A stretch of 64,000 nucleotides of DNA from Thermoplasmatota archaeon (GTDB lineage: Archaea; Thermoplasmatota; E2; JACPAO01; JAHFTW01): NCBI GenBank assembly GCA_041601615.1, contig JBFIHX010000001.1, positions 192,001 to 256,000 on the forward strand, given 5' to 3'. Positions 9,700-19,641 of the stretch are shown here, one piece after another. Below the pieces are notes generated by a model. The model worked only from the letters and a program-made list of their open reading frames with translations. It was not told the origin of the DNA and searched no databases. The position numbers and the translations under genes were made by a program. Numbering within the stretch: the first letter of the stretch is position 1; each line of letters starts with the position of its first letter.

Positions 9700-11010
9700 C
9701 TACACCGTGAGCGGGGCTTGGATGAGGTTGTGCCACTCGTACCCGCCAAGCTTCTCGTCGTTGAAGCAGTACTGAACGGTTTGCCGGTCAGCGCGGAAGG
9801 TGGCGACGTCCGCTGCTACGGCGGCAGGATCCACGCCCTTGAGAAGGACGCGCTCGAAGCACTCGGCCACGAAGTCCATGTCGTTCTTGTCCATGCCCAC
9901 GCGAGTCATTTCCTGGACGCCGAGGCGCAGGCCGGACGGGTGCAACGGCTTGGTGTCGCCGGGAAGCATGTTCATGTTGGTGATGATGCCGGCGTCTTCG
10001 AGGAGCGCTGCGGCTTCGGCACCGGCGCTGCTGTCGGGCGTTCCGTGCCGGGTGACTACTTGGTGGCTCTGGGTGTAGCTGCGGGCCTCTCCGAGTACAT
10101 CGAAGCCACGCGAGGCGAGGCTTGCGGCGAGCGCTTGGGCGTTGGCGACGATGTCGCGTGCGTAGTCGCGGCCGTAGGCTTGGAATTCAGCGAGGGCGAC
10201 GACTTTGCCTGCCATGTGGTGCAGGTGGTAGTTGCTGCAAACCCCGGGGAACACGCCACTGTTGAGGCGGCGTTGGAATTTGCCGTCGTCCGAGTCCGAG
10301 AGAACGAATCCGCCTTGGGGGCCGGGGAACGTCTTGTGGCTGCTGCCCGTGAGCACATCCGCACCTTCGCGCAGGGGGTCTTGGAATTGGCCGCCTGCAA
10401 TGAGACCGAGAACGTGGGCTCCGTCGTACATGACGTGGGCGCCGACATCCTTGGCCGCCTCCGCGACCTCCTTCATGGGCGTCGGGAACAGGATCATGCT
10501 TTGGCCAAATAACGCGAGTTTGGGTTTGACCTCGTGGATCATCTTCACGGCGGCGTCGATGTCGATTTGCATGTCTTCGACGAGCCACGGGTAGGTGTGC
10601 AGGTCGAGGCCGCGCATCCCAACGGCGCCCATGTTGGCGTGGCTGATGTGGCCGCCGTCGGCGGTGCTTACGGCGGTGATTTTGTCCCCGGGCTTGGTAA
10701 GTGCCTTCAGAACCGCGAGGTTGCTATTGGTGCCACTGGTGCTTTGGATGTTGGCAAACCGGGCGCCAAACACATCCTGGGCCAATTCGATACCGAGTGC
10801 TTCGATTTCGTCAAATGGCTTGCAGCCTTGGTAGTAGCGTTTGCCGGGCAATCCTTCGGCGTAGCGACCGTGCAGGTCCGTGACCAGCATTTCTTGGACG
10901 CGGGGAGAAACAATGTTCTCGCTGGCAATCATTGGCAAGCCGTTGCGAAATTGCGTCGTGCTGCGCTGTGCGGCGTTTCGCACGAGGTCGACGGCGGCGC
11001 GGGGGTCCAC
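9700..11010 (-). CDS. glyA: serine hydroxymethyltransferase
   Basis: IASEN, YAEGLPGKRYYQG, GSSHKTFPGPQGG. Confidence 0.97.
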   Translation of the reverse strand: MDPRAAVDLVRNAAQRSTTQFRNGLPMIASENIVSPRVQEMLVTDLHGRYAEGLPGKRYYQGCKPFDEIEALGIELAQDVFGARFANIQSTSGTNSNLAVLKALTKPGDKITAVSTADGGHISHANMGAVGMRGLDLHTYPWLVEDMQIDIDAAVKMIHEVKPKLALFGQSMILFPTPMKEVAEAAKDVGAHVMYDGAHVLGLIAGGQFQDPLREGADVLTGSSHKTFPGPQGGFVLSDSDDGKFQRRLNSGVFPGVCSNYHLHHMAGKVVALAEFQAYGRDYARDIVANAQALAASLASRGFDVLGEARSYTQSHQVVTRHGTPDSSAGAEAAALLEDAGIITNMNMLPGDTKPLHPSGLRLGVQEMTRVGMDKNDMDFVAECFERVLLKGVDPAAVAADVATFRADRQTVQYCFNDEKLGGYEWHNLIQAPLTV

Positions 11011-11302
11011 GAGGCCGCGACGAGGCGGCGGTTCAAGAGGGAATCGGAGGAGGGGCAGCGGGTTTGGCGGTGGCTCGGTGCGGACCGCTCCCGCCGCATA
11101 TGCACTGGTTCGGCGCCATTAGGCAGCGCGAGAAAACCGGGAAATTTGTGTCATCGTTTTGCGGGCGTTGGTGTTCATGTCAATCCCTGCGCGAGGCTTG
11201 GGCACCTTACGGAGTGCAGGCAACTAGCTGCCAATACATGCCGGTTAGAAGGGGGCAATAGTATGATAAGGTTGTAAGTTATTATGTCCTCGGAGTCAAA
11301 CT

Positions 11303-12301
11303 ATGACAAGCAAGTACAATAGCAGAGTTTATGCAATTTTTGCCATTTTGACTGTGGCATTAGCACCACTTCCTACGGGGGCGACATTGTTAGAGACTGG
11401 CTCCACTTGCCTACAGGACGAAGATCCCGTCGGGTCGGCGGGGGTCGGCTATGTTGCACAGCGTATTCTGCCATTATGTGTAGGCACCCATGCTGCGGTA
11501 AGCGTTGCGGCCAGTGAGCGAACTACATGCATTCTCTTGTCCAATGCCAACGTCGATTGTTATGGAACTAATGGGCCCCAAAAACAGGACGACTATGGAG
11601 TGGGTGACGCCATTGCCGTTGCAACCTCTGCGGCCCATACGTGCGTGCTCTTGGCGTCTGGTAACGTCCACTGCTATGGTGACAACAGCTACGGCCAGAG
11701 AGTTGCATACTCTGGTGGCGATGCGACAGCAATCGCGACCGGATGGCGCCATACGTGCGTGCTGTATTCAACTGGAAACGTCGACTGCCACGGCGATAAT
11801 AGCGAAGGGCAATCCAACGACTATTCGGGTGGCGACGCCATTGCAATCACGGCCCATGGCGCAAACACATGCATACTCTTGTCGAACGGAAACGTCGATT
11901 GTGCCGGGAGGCTTCATGACGCGCCAACGGACGACTATTTTGGTGGCGACGCTGTCGCAGTTGCATCGGGCTACGCCCACACCTGTGTGCTCTTGGTCAA
12001 CGGAAATGTCGATTGCTACGGCCGCAATTGGCTACATCAGCCAGCAGGCTACACGGGTGGCGACGCAATTTCCCTCGCGTCGGGCTCCAGCCATAGATGT
12101 TTGCTAAAAACAAATGGAAATGTCGATTGCAGCGGCTGGAACGTCAACGGGCAGGCCAATGACTACTTGGGGGGCAAAGCAATCGCCATAGCGACCGGAG
12201 CCGCCCACACATGTATTGTGCTGAATACGGGCGACGTGGAGTGCTATGGATACAACAACGATGGCCAGGCAGCCGATTATACATATGTGGCCCCTCCTTG
12301 A
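11303..12301 (+). CDS. secreted RCC1/BLIP-II-like beta-propeller protein
   Basis: Signal peptide; seven ~38-aa repeats (HTCVLLxxGNVDCYGxNxxGQxxDYxGGD); visibly lower GC than flanks. Confidence 0.85.
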   Translation: MTSKYNSRVYAIFAILTVALAPLPTGATLLETGSTCLQDEDPVGSAGVGYVAQRILPLCVGTHAAVSVAASERTTCILLSNANVDCYGTNGPQKQDDYGVGDAIAVATSAAHTCVLLASGNVHCYGDNSYGQRVAYSGGDATAIATGWRHTCVLYSTGNVDCHGDNSEGQSNDYSGGDAIAITAHGANTCILLSNGNVDCAGRLHDAPTDDYFGGDAVAVASGYAHTCVLLVNGNVDCYGRNWLHQPAGYTGGDAISLASGSSHRCLLKTNGNVDCSGWNVNGQANDYLGGKAIAIATGAAHTCIVLNTGDVECYGYNNDGQAADYTYVAPP

Positions 12302-12526
12302 TGACGGCCAATTGTGAAGGAAACGGAATGGCAATAGCATCACGGTGGCGCGATTGACACGTGGTTAAGCAAGCGGCGATCATACGCCAGCGCCTTCCCG
12401 CGTTCAATTTTCTCCGAGGTCCGATGCCGGACTCTATAGTTGTTCGTATTGAATCTATATGCGCCCAAGAAATCGCTCAACGCGACCTCGCTCCGCTCGG
12501 CCGGTTAAACCGTAGCCGATCGTTGC

Positions 12527-12745
12527 TTAGAGAGCGCAAGCGATGAGGCGGTCCGGGAATGTGGTCCAGTGGCCGCTGCCGACACATTCGTCGTAGCAAG
12601 TGAGGGCGCGATTTGCGAAGCCGCTCCAGTGGCCAGTAGCGGTGCATTCTTGGTAGCCGATGATGCCGGGTTCCGCCGAGGCAACGGGTGCGGCGGTGAT
12701 GGCGGCAAGGATGAGGAGTGCGGAGACCATAATGGCGCGATCCAT
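12527..12745 (-). CDS. 72-aa secreted Cys-containing peptide with internal duplication
   Basis: Signal peptide ending VASA; two copies of ECxxxGHWxxFxxRxxxC. Confidence 0.75.
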   Translation of the reverse strand: MDRAIMVSALLILAAITAAPVASAEPGIIGYQECTATGHWSGFANRALTCYDECVGSGHWTTFPDRLIACAL

Positions 12746-13085
12746 GCGTTCGAATGAAGCGGGCGCACTTGATGGTATCTCGGGACGATTGCTGAACGTC
12801 TTGGGCGGGACACCATGGAAAGTTTCAGTTAGGTACGGCGCCCCAGGAAGGGAGAGGCATGGAGGGGTTGATTTTAGAGTCGCTCTGTGGGGTGTGGGCG
12901 CCAACTCTGGCAAGGTGGAAAATGGCGTTGATGCACAAGCCGACCTCGTTGCGTGGCGGGTTGCGGCGGCACCAGGTCGATGCAGATGCGTGGAGCGTCT
13001 AGGATACGGTCGTTCCAAGTACCGGCGTCCAGGGCGGGTCCCGCGAGGCATGCGAGAAGGAGGAGGCAGAGGGTGGATTTGCAAT

Positions 13086-13376
13086 CTAGAGGCAGCCGAG
13101 CACGTAGGCAGGCGGGCTGTAGAGCACGTTGTAGCCGTAGATGCAATCCAAGGTGGGGCCTACTTCGTCTCCTACGCGGTCGGCAACGTCTAGGGCTGCG
13201 TGTAGGGCAATGTTGGTCAAATCTTCGCCAAGGCAGACGTAGTTCCAGCCGGGCGGGGGCGACGGGTACCAGTGGACGGTGTCACAGGGCCCTCGAAGGT
13301 GGTCGGCGGACGCGGTCGGCGTTGCGGCAATGGCGGCCAGTAGCAGGATCGAGGCGGCAAAAAGAGCGCGAACCAT
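13086..13376 (-). CDS. 96-aa secreted 4-Cys peptide
   Basis: MVRALFAASILLLAAIAATPTASA signal; ends AYVLGCL. Confidence 0.75.
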   Translation of the reverse strand: MVRALFAASILLLAAIAATPTASADHLRGPCDTVHWYPSPPPGWNYVCLGEDLTNIALHAALDVADRVGDEVGPTLDCIYGYNVLYSPPAYVLGCL

Positions 13377-13613
13377 ATGCATTGTATCGACCCAATCCAG
13401 ATGACCATTGTTCGGGACATGTGGAGAAGAAAGGATTGACGCGCTCACCAAAGAATCAGGAGGCCCAAGGCGAGACGGAGGCGGCCTACCGAGCCTCGCC
13501 GAGGTGCCCGCTCATGGGGAACGAAAAGGAATGGGCGACAAATCAGAATCAGCGCCCGCAAGCACCGACGTCGTGAATGATGGGAGAAAGGGGAAGAATG
13601 CGGACGGCGCGCC

Positions 13614-13865
13614 TTAGAGGCAGCCAATCACGTATGCGATGTTGACCGTGAGCGGATTCGCGCTGGCCATGCATTGGTAGAAATCGAGGAAGGGCTCAAG
13701 CGCCGTTCCAGCCCCGGACGTCACGGCACAAATGTAGTGCTCGGGCGAGGGGTTCTGGAAAATCGTATAGATGTGGCAGTCCGGTTCGTCGTGAGCGGCA
13801 GACGTGGACGGCATGAGAAAGAGCGATGCCAAAAGAAGGCATGCAACAGAGATGGATCGAACCAT
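13614..13865 (-). CDS. 83-aa secreted 4-Cys peptide, paralog of 13086-13376
   Basis: MVRSISVACLLLASLFLMPSTSAA signal; ends AYVIGCL. Confidence 0.75.
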   Translation of the reverse strand: MVRSISVACLLLASLFLMPSTSAAHDEPDCHIYTIFQNPSPEHYICAVTSGAGTALEPFLDFYQCMASANPLTVNIAYVIGCL

Positions 13866-14122
13866 AAAGTGCCGTATGGGCGCCAAGGGATAGGGGTTCC
13901 TGGCGATGAATGATGTATTCAGCGGAACCGATGCAGGGGTTGCCAAATTTTCAAAAAATGCATTCCCTGTCAAGGAAAAGCCCCCCCGCCAAAGGAAGGT
14001 CACTGCGCAATCCAAGACAAGAAGGAACCCAATCGCGTCTGCGCCCTGCACCTGCGGTGTTCGCGGCCCGCGACCCCACCTCTTGAATACCCCTTCCCGC
14101 TCGCGCGGCTCAGGGGCAAACC

Positions 14123-14368
14123 ATGGTCCGCGCCGAGGTCATCATCCACTTGAAACCGGGCATCAGCGACCCGGAAGGAAGCAACACCACGAAGGCGTTG
14201 CATTTGCTCGGCTTTGACGCCGTCCAATCCGTCCAGACCACGAAGATCTGGGAAATCGAACTCGGTGACCTTGCCGAGGACGAAGCCCGCGATCAAGTGG
14301 ACCGCATGTGTCGACGTTTGCTCACCAACCCAGTCATCCACGACTATTCGGTGGAGATTCGGAGCTAG
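14123..14368 (+). CDS. purS: FGAM synthase subunit PurS
   Basis: LKPGISDPEG, RRLLTNPVIHDY. Confidence 0.95.
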   Translation: MVRAEVIIHLKPGISDPEGSNTTKALHLLGFDAVQSVQTTKIWEIELGDLAEDEARDQVDRMCRRLLTNPVIHDYSVEIRS

Positions 14369-14369
14369 C

Positions 14370-14522
14370 ATGACGCACCCCGCCAACAAGAAGCGTACCC
14401 ACAACGCCGCCGCGCGCGACGCAGCTCGCAGCAACGGGGATGTTGCGGTGCGGGGCACGACGCCCACGAGGCGCAGCCGGTACGGGGACAAACTTCGTGC
14501 ACTTCAGGAGGAGAAGGAATGA
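14370..14522 (+). CDS. 50-aa basic microprotein between purS and purL
   Basis: ATG begins after a 1-nt gap behind the purS stop; its TGA overlaps the purL ATG (ATGA). Confidence 0.5.
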   Translation: MTHPANKKRTHNAAARDAARSNGDVAVRGTTPTRRSRYGDKLRALQEEKE

Positions 14523-16900
14523 CGCTCCAAGTTGCTAGCTGGGAATCCAAGGTCCAGAAATTGGACGTCGCTTTCCCGCTTCGTCGCTTCCGCTTGCAAG
14601 ACATGACGGACGCGGAATTGCTGGCATGCAGCCAAGCCATGAGCATCGGCCTCAGTCTCGATGAAATGCAGGCTGCCCGCGACCACTTCCTGAGCCGCGA
14701 TGGCGAGGACAACCCCACCGATGTGGAACTCGAAGCGCTCGGCCAAGCGTGGTCGGAGCACTGCTGCTACAAGTCCAGTAAGCCGGTGCTGAAAGCAAAC
14801 GTCTATGGTATTGCCGAGCACAAAATCGCCGCGCGCGAAGACGCCGGCATCGTCGAATTCGACGACGAGCACTACTACGCCGTGGGACTGGAATCCCACA
14901 ACCACCCGAGCGCCATCGAACCATACGGCGGAGCCGCGACGGGCGTCGGCGGCATCCTGCGCGACGTTGTCTGCATGGGCGCGCAACCTGTGGCCCTCTT
15001 GGATCCTCTGTTCTTTGGCCCCTTGGACATGGCGCACGAAGCGCTCCCTCCTGGCGTCAAGCACCCCCGGTTCATCCTGGGCGGCGTCGTTAGCGGCATT
15101 CGCGACTACGGCAACCGCGTCGGCATCCCGACCCTGGCCGGCGGCATCACCTTCCACCCGGGCTACACCGGCAACTGCCTCGTCAACGTCGGCTGTGTTG
15201 GCGTGGTTCGCAAGGACGAACTGATTCACTCCAAGGCGGGCGGTGTTGGCGACGTATTCGTGTACATCGGAAATGCCACGGGCCGCGACGGCATCCACGG
15301 CGTCGCCTTTGCCTCGGAGGAGCTCTCGGAAGACTCTGAGGACTCCGGACGATCGGCCGTGCAAGTGGGCGATGCGATTCTCAAGGAACCGCTCACCCAC
15401 GTAACGCTCGAAGTGATCCGCGAAGGCCTTGCGACAGGCTGCAAGGACTTTGGCGGCGGCGGCCTGAGTTGCGTCGCGGGCGAACTCGCGTACGACGCGG
15501 GCTTCGGCTGCCACATCGAGCTCGAAAAGATTCCCACTAAGGTCCCCGGCATGGCGCCGTGGGAAATCTGGGTCAGCGAATCCCAAGAACGCATGATGGT
15601 GACGGCGAAAGCCGAAAACGTCCCGCGCATCCTGCAAATTGCAGCCAAGTGGGACGTGCCGGCGTTTGCCGTGGGCACTGTCATCCCTGAGAAAATCAAC
15701 CACGTCACGTTCCACGACGAGACCGTTTTGAAGCTGGATCTCGAATTCAGCACCGGCGGCCCCGTCTACGACCGCCCGGCCACGCCTCGCACCGTGGTGC
15801 GCGAGGCGACGCCTGCGTTTTCGGAACCCACCGATTACGAGCAAACCCTCCGAGCGCTGCTTCGGCACCCGGCCGTCATGAGCAAAGAATGGGTCATTCG
15901 CCAGTATGACCACGAGGTACGCGCCAACACCGTCCTGAAGCCGTTGCAAGGCGCACTTGGCATGGAAGGACCCGGAGACGCCGCGGTCCTGAAGCCTGTG
16001 CACGAAAGCGACAAGGCAATGGCGCTGTGCTCCGACGTCAATCCGTTCTACACCGAGCAAGACCCGTACTGGGGCAGTGCCTCCGCCATCGACGAAACCG
16101 TGCGAAACCTCGCCGCCGTCGGCGCCCGCGTCAGTTCCGTCTGCGACAACCTCAACTTCGGCAACCCGCAGAAACCCGAGCGCATGTGGGAACTGTACGA
16201 ATGCACCCGGGGACTTGGCGACATGGCTCGCGCTCTCGACGTGCCCTTCAGCAGCGGCAACGTCAGCCTCTACAACGAGACCCCCACGCGCCCGATTCCC
16301 CCCACGCCCACCATCATGGGCGTTGGAATCCTTAGCCACTTCCAACACGCCACCTCGCTCGACCTCAAGTCGGCCGGCGACCGGCTCTACTTGCTCGGTG
16401 AGACCCGCGACGAGTTCGGTGCCAGCATCTACCTGCAACACCTTGGACTTGCAGGCGGCTCCGTTCCCACCACCGATGCCGGCATCCTGATGCAAAGCGC
16501 CGAAGCCGTGGTCTCTGCGATTGAAGCCGGCTTTGTTCGCGCCGCGCACGACTGCTCGGAAGGCGGCGTTGCGGTGGCCGTAACGGAAATGGCCTTCGCG
16601 GGCGGCCTCGGCTGCACCGTGGACCTACAAGCAATCGCCCCAGGCCTGCGCTCGGATCTCAAGGCGTTCTCCGAGAGCAACACCCGATGGATCCTCGAAG
16701 TTCCAGCCTCCAAGGTCGAAGCGTTCGAAGCGCACATGCAAACCGCCGGTCTTGCCGGCCGCCTCTTCGACATCGGCTCCGTCACCGCCGACAACGTGCA
16801 AATCTACGACGCCGACCGCAAACTCGTGGACGCCGACAGCGCCAGCCTGCGCCGCGAGTGGGCCGAAGCGATGCCCAACCTCATGGGGGTAGCCGCATGA
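14519..16900 (+). CDS. purL: FGAM synthase subunit PurL
   Basis: WSEHCCYKSS, ESHNHPSAIEPYGGAATGVGGILRD, SESQERM, SGNVSLYN. Confidence 0.97.
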   Translation: MTLQVASWESKVQKLDVAFPLRRFRLQDMTDAELLACSQAMSIGLSLDEMQAARDHFLSRDGEDNPTDVELEALGQAWSEHCCYKSSKPVLKANVYGIAEHKIAAREDAGIVEFDDEHYYAVGLESHNHPSAIEPYGGAATGVGGILRDVVCMGAQPVALLDPLFFGPLDMAHEALPPGVKHPRFILGGVVSGIRDYGNRVGIPTLAGGITFHPGYTGNCLVNVGCVGVVRKDELIHSKAGGVGDVFVYIGNATGRDGIHGVAFASEELSEDSEDSGRSAVQVGDAILKEPLTHVTLEVIREGLATGCKDFGGGGLSCVAGELAYDAGFGCHIELEKIPTKVPGMAPWEIWVSESQERMMVTAKAENVPRILQIAAKWDVPAFAVGTVIPEKINHVTFHDETVLKLDLEFSTGGPVYDRPATPRTVVREATPAFSEPTDYEQTLRALLRHPAVMSKEWVIRQYDHEVRANTVLKPLQGALGMEGPGDAAVLKPVHESDKAMALCSDVNPFYTEQDPYWGSASAIDETVRNLAAVGARVSSVCDNLNFGNPQKPERMWELYECTRGLGDMARALDVPFSSGNVSLYNETPTRPIPPTPTIMGVGILSHFQHATSLDLKSAGDRLYLLGETRDEFGASIYLQHLGLAGGSVPTTDAGILMQSAEAVVSAIEAGFVRAAHDCSEGGVAVAVTEMAFAGGLGCTVDLQAIAPGLRSDLKAFSESNTRWILEVPASKVEAFEAHMQTAGLAGRLFDIGSVTADNVQIYDADRKLVDADSASLRREWAEAMPNLMGVAA

Positions 16901-17745
16901 ACAAGAAGGACATCAAGTGGGCCGTGCTCCGCATCGAGGGCACCAACAGCGAAGACGAATCGGCGCAAGTGATGCGCGAAGTGGGCGTCCAATCCGAGAT
17001 CGTCCACTTGAAGCAATTCACCGGCGACGACGTGGCCGACCACGAAAAACGCAACCTCGCCGACTTCGACGGCCTCTGGATCGCCGGCGGCTTCAGTGCT
17101 GGCGACTACATTCGCGCCGGCGCCATCCTCGCTGCTCGCGTCAAGAGCCGCCTCGGGGACGACCTCTCGGCCTTCGTGGACGCAGGCAAACCGATTCTGG
17201 GCATTTGCAATGGATTCCAAATCATGGTCGAAACGGGCCTCCTGCCCAACCTCGACCCCGGCCGCGCCTTCACCCAAGCGCCCACCGCGGCCCTGCACCT
17301 CAATGACTCCGGGCACTACGAATGCCGCCCCAGCTTGCTTCGCCACGTCAACCGAGGCAACTGCAAGTTCACCAGCGGCATCCCCCACAACGAAGTGCGC
17401 ACGGTCATCAGCAGCCACGCCGAGGGCAAATTCCTCCTAGCCGACGAGCGCGACTACCAACGCCTCCTCGACCAGGATCAACTCGTGTTCACCTACACGG
17501 ACCCCAATGGCGCCGACGAACCCAGCTACCCCTGGTCACCCAATGGAGCAACACACGCCATCGCAGGCGTGTGCAACCCCGAAGGCACCGTCTTTGGCAT
17601 GATGCCGCACCCGGAACGCGTGTTTTGGCGCCGCAACCACCCCGACTGGACCCGCACAGGCCTCGATGCTGGACTCGGGCACGACGTGGGCGACGGGCGC
17701 GCAATCTTCGAGAGCATCGTCGACTACCAAGTGCGCAAGCTGTAA
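16897..17745 (+). CDS. purQ: FGAM synthase glutaminase subunit PurQ
   Basis: GGFSAGDY, GICNGFQ, GMMPHPER; ATGA overlap with purL. Confidence 0.96.
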   Translation: MNKKDIKWAVLRIEGTNSEDESAQVMREVGVQSEIVHLKQFTGDDVADHEKRNLADFDGLWIAGGFSAGDYIRAGAILAARVKSRLGDDLSAFVDAGKPILGICNGFQIMVETGLLPNLDPGRAFTQAPTAALHLNDSGHYECRPSLLRHVNRGNCKFTSGIPHNEVRTVISSHAEGKFLLADERDYQRLLDQDQLVFTYTDPNGADEPSYPWSPNGATHAIAGVCNPEGTVFGMMPHPERVFWRRNHPDWTRTGLDAGLGHDVGDGRAIFESIVDYQVRKL

Positions 17746-17779
17746 GCGACCCATCGAACGGTCGGCGTGCCAGCGGAGC

Positions 17780-18535
17780 CTAGGCCAGGAGCTCACCAAT
17801 CACGGCGTCCAGGTTGCCAAGGTTGGCCTGGACCGCCTTTCCCGTGTCTCCAAACACAAAGAACGTCGGCGTGCCTCGAACTCCATTGTCGTCGCCCTTG
17901 CGGTAGTCGGAGCTGACGAGGCGACTGGTTTCTTTGCCGTCGAAGCAGGAAGCCAATGCGTCCGCGTCCAAACCGTCGCTTGTGGCAAGTTGGTCGAGGT
18001 ATCCGCCATAGTCGGGACTCGCGTAGATGTCGCTGCGCGCGTACAACGACTCGGTAAGGCTCCAGAACGCATCCGGGCCCCCGACGCGATGGGCGCATTC
18101 CTGGGCAATGCTTCCCTCCAGGTCCGTGGCGTGGCCAATGGATGCCTGAACATAGTAGTACACCACATTGCCCGTGTCGATGTGCCGCGCCTTGAGGTCC
18201 GGCAACATACTGCGATGGAAGCTCTGGCAACTGGAGCAATGCGGTGACTCGAAGCCCACGAGCACCACCGGCGCATCCGGGTCCCCCATCAACGGATCGT
18301 CGGCAAGCCCAAAGCGGGCAAAATTGGCGGCCCGAGTCTCGGCAGGATCGTCACCTGCGACAAACACGAGGTATCCGACGGCCGCGACCGCAAGCAGGGC
18401 AATACCAGCCACGAGCACCGTTCTTCGCGGATTGTGGTTCGAGGCGCCACCATGTTCCCGCTCCAAGTGCTTGTGAAGCTTTGCTGGGTTCGTGAATGTG
18501 GCATCGCAGCGCTTGCAGTCGTGGCTCCCGGGCAC
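17780..18535 (-). CDS. DsbA-family thioredoxin protein with N-terminal C2H2 zinc finger and TM anchor
   Basis: CKRC-x12-H-x4-H; TM; MGDPDAPV, PHCSSC, GVRGTPTFF; GTG start at 18535 inferred. Confidence 0.85.
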   Translation of the reverse strand: MPGSHDCKRCDATFTNPAKLHKHLEREHGGASNHNPRRTVLVAGIALLAVAAVGYLVFVAGDDPAETRAANFARFGLADDPLMGDPDAPVVLVGFESPHCSSCQSFHRSMLPDLKARHIDTGNVVYYYVQASIGHATDLEGSIAQECAHRVGGPDAFWSLTESLYARSDIYASPDYGGYLDQLATSDGLDADALASCFDGKETSRLVSSDYRKGDDNGVRGTPTFFVFGDTGKAVQANLGNLDAVIGELLA

Positions 18536-18789
18536 ACGGGCCACTTGGGCGTGGACAATTGGGGTTTTGGGTCGGCAACGGGAGCGACCAAGCGCATCCA
18601 GGGGGGCAACTACAGCATCAAAAGGGGCAAGAGTGCCAGCGTGGTCGCGGCGATGATCCAACCAAGGACTCGATCCTGCACGTCCCCCCTTTTGCCACCA
18701 TTGCGGGCAGCATTTCTGGTGAACGCCCGGAAGCTTCCGGCGGCTCGTTTCGTAAGCATTGAAGAGCGATGCCGGTCTCGGCGCCGGCC

Positions 18790-19338
18790 ATGAGCAAGGA
18801 TGACGCGGCCGAGGCGACGGCCCCGGACGCAGAAACCGCGCCCAGTGCACAGTCGACCGACGACGCAGGGCACGACCTAGAGCAAAAACTCGAGGGACTG
18901 GAAGACGAGGCCCGCGACCTTCGCGACCGCCTCGCCCGCGCCCGCGCCGACTACGAAAACCTGCAAAAGCGCCAGGCCCGAGACGCGGCCTTGGAACGCG
19001 AACGCGTCAAAGCCCGATTCTTGGAAGGCTTCCTGCAAGTCTACGAATACGCAAACATGGCCGGCGCCGAAGCCGAACGCACCCCAGGACCCCTATCGCA
19101 GGGAGTCTTGATGGTCGTCCAGCAATTTCGCACACTCCTACAAGACGAAGGCGTGCTCGAATCAGGCACCATCGGCGAACCATTCGACGCAGCACGGCAC
19201 GAGGCCGTCGGCGAAGAAGCCGTGGACGGCGTGGCACCAGGATGTGTGGCCCGAGTGGTGCGATCCGGGTACTTGCTCGGTGACCGAGTGCTGCGGTACG
19301 CACAGGTCGTGGTGGCGCCCCAGGAAGCAGAAGAATAG
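18790..19338 (+). CDS. grpE: nucleotide exchange factor GrpE
   Basis: RARADYENLQKR, GEPFDAARHEAV, GYLLGDRVLRYAQVVV. Confidence 0.95.
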   Translation: MSKDDAAEATAPDAETAPSAQSTDDAGHDLEQKLEGLEDEARDLRDRLARARADYENLQKRQARDAALERERVKARFLEGFLQVYEYANMAGAEAERTPGPLSQGVLMVVQQFRTLLQDEGVLESGTIGEPFDAARHEAVGEEAVDGVAPGCVARVVRSGYLLGDRVLRYAQVVVAPQEAEE

Positions 19339-19641
19339 GGCTGCCAATGACCCAAATGGGGCAGGCGTAGTGGCGGCGCGCAGCGGGTCCGTGTATGTGA
19401 ATCACCCCTTCAAGCCAACCGCAGCAGATAGCGACCACAGCGACGAACCCGCGCCTTCTGAGATGCGCACCGCATCGACAAACGCTCCCGCCGAGGTCGG
19501 CAGCAAGTTGGGTTGGATTTCCTGACCTGGATTGCCCAAGCTATCCGAGAGCCTTTCGCCCCGATCGTGGTGATGCAAAAATCCAACACAGACACAATAT
19601 TTATTTTGTTTGAAAGAAAGGAAGAGGTGCTTTGGACAGTC

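Noticed and set aside
11303-13865. Provirus or IS-bounded island
   Set aside because: No integrase, transposase, terminal inverted repeats or tRNA att site could be seen.
14504-16549. 681-aa antisense ORF (and similar long shadow ORFs over srp54, glyA, dnaK, pyrG)
   Set aside because: Antisense shadows of well-supported genes in high-GC DNA, with no motifs of their own.
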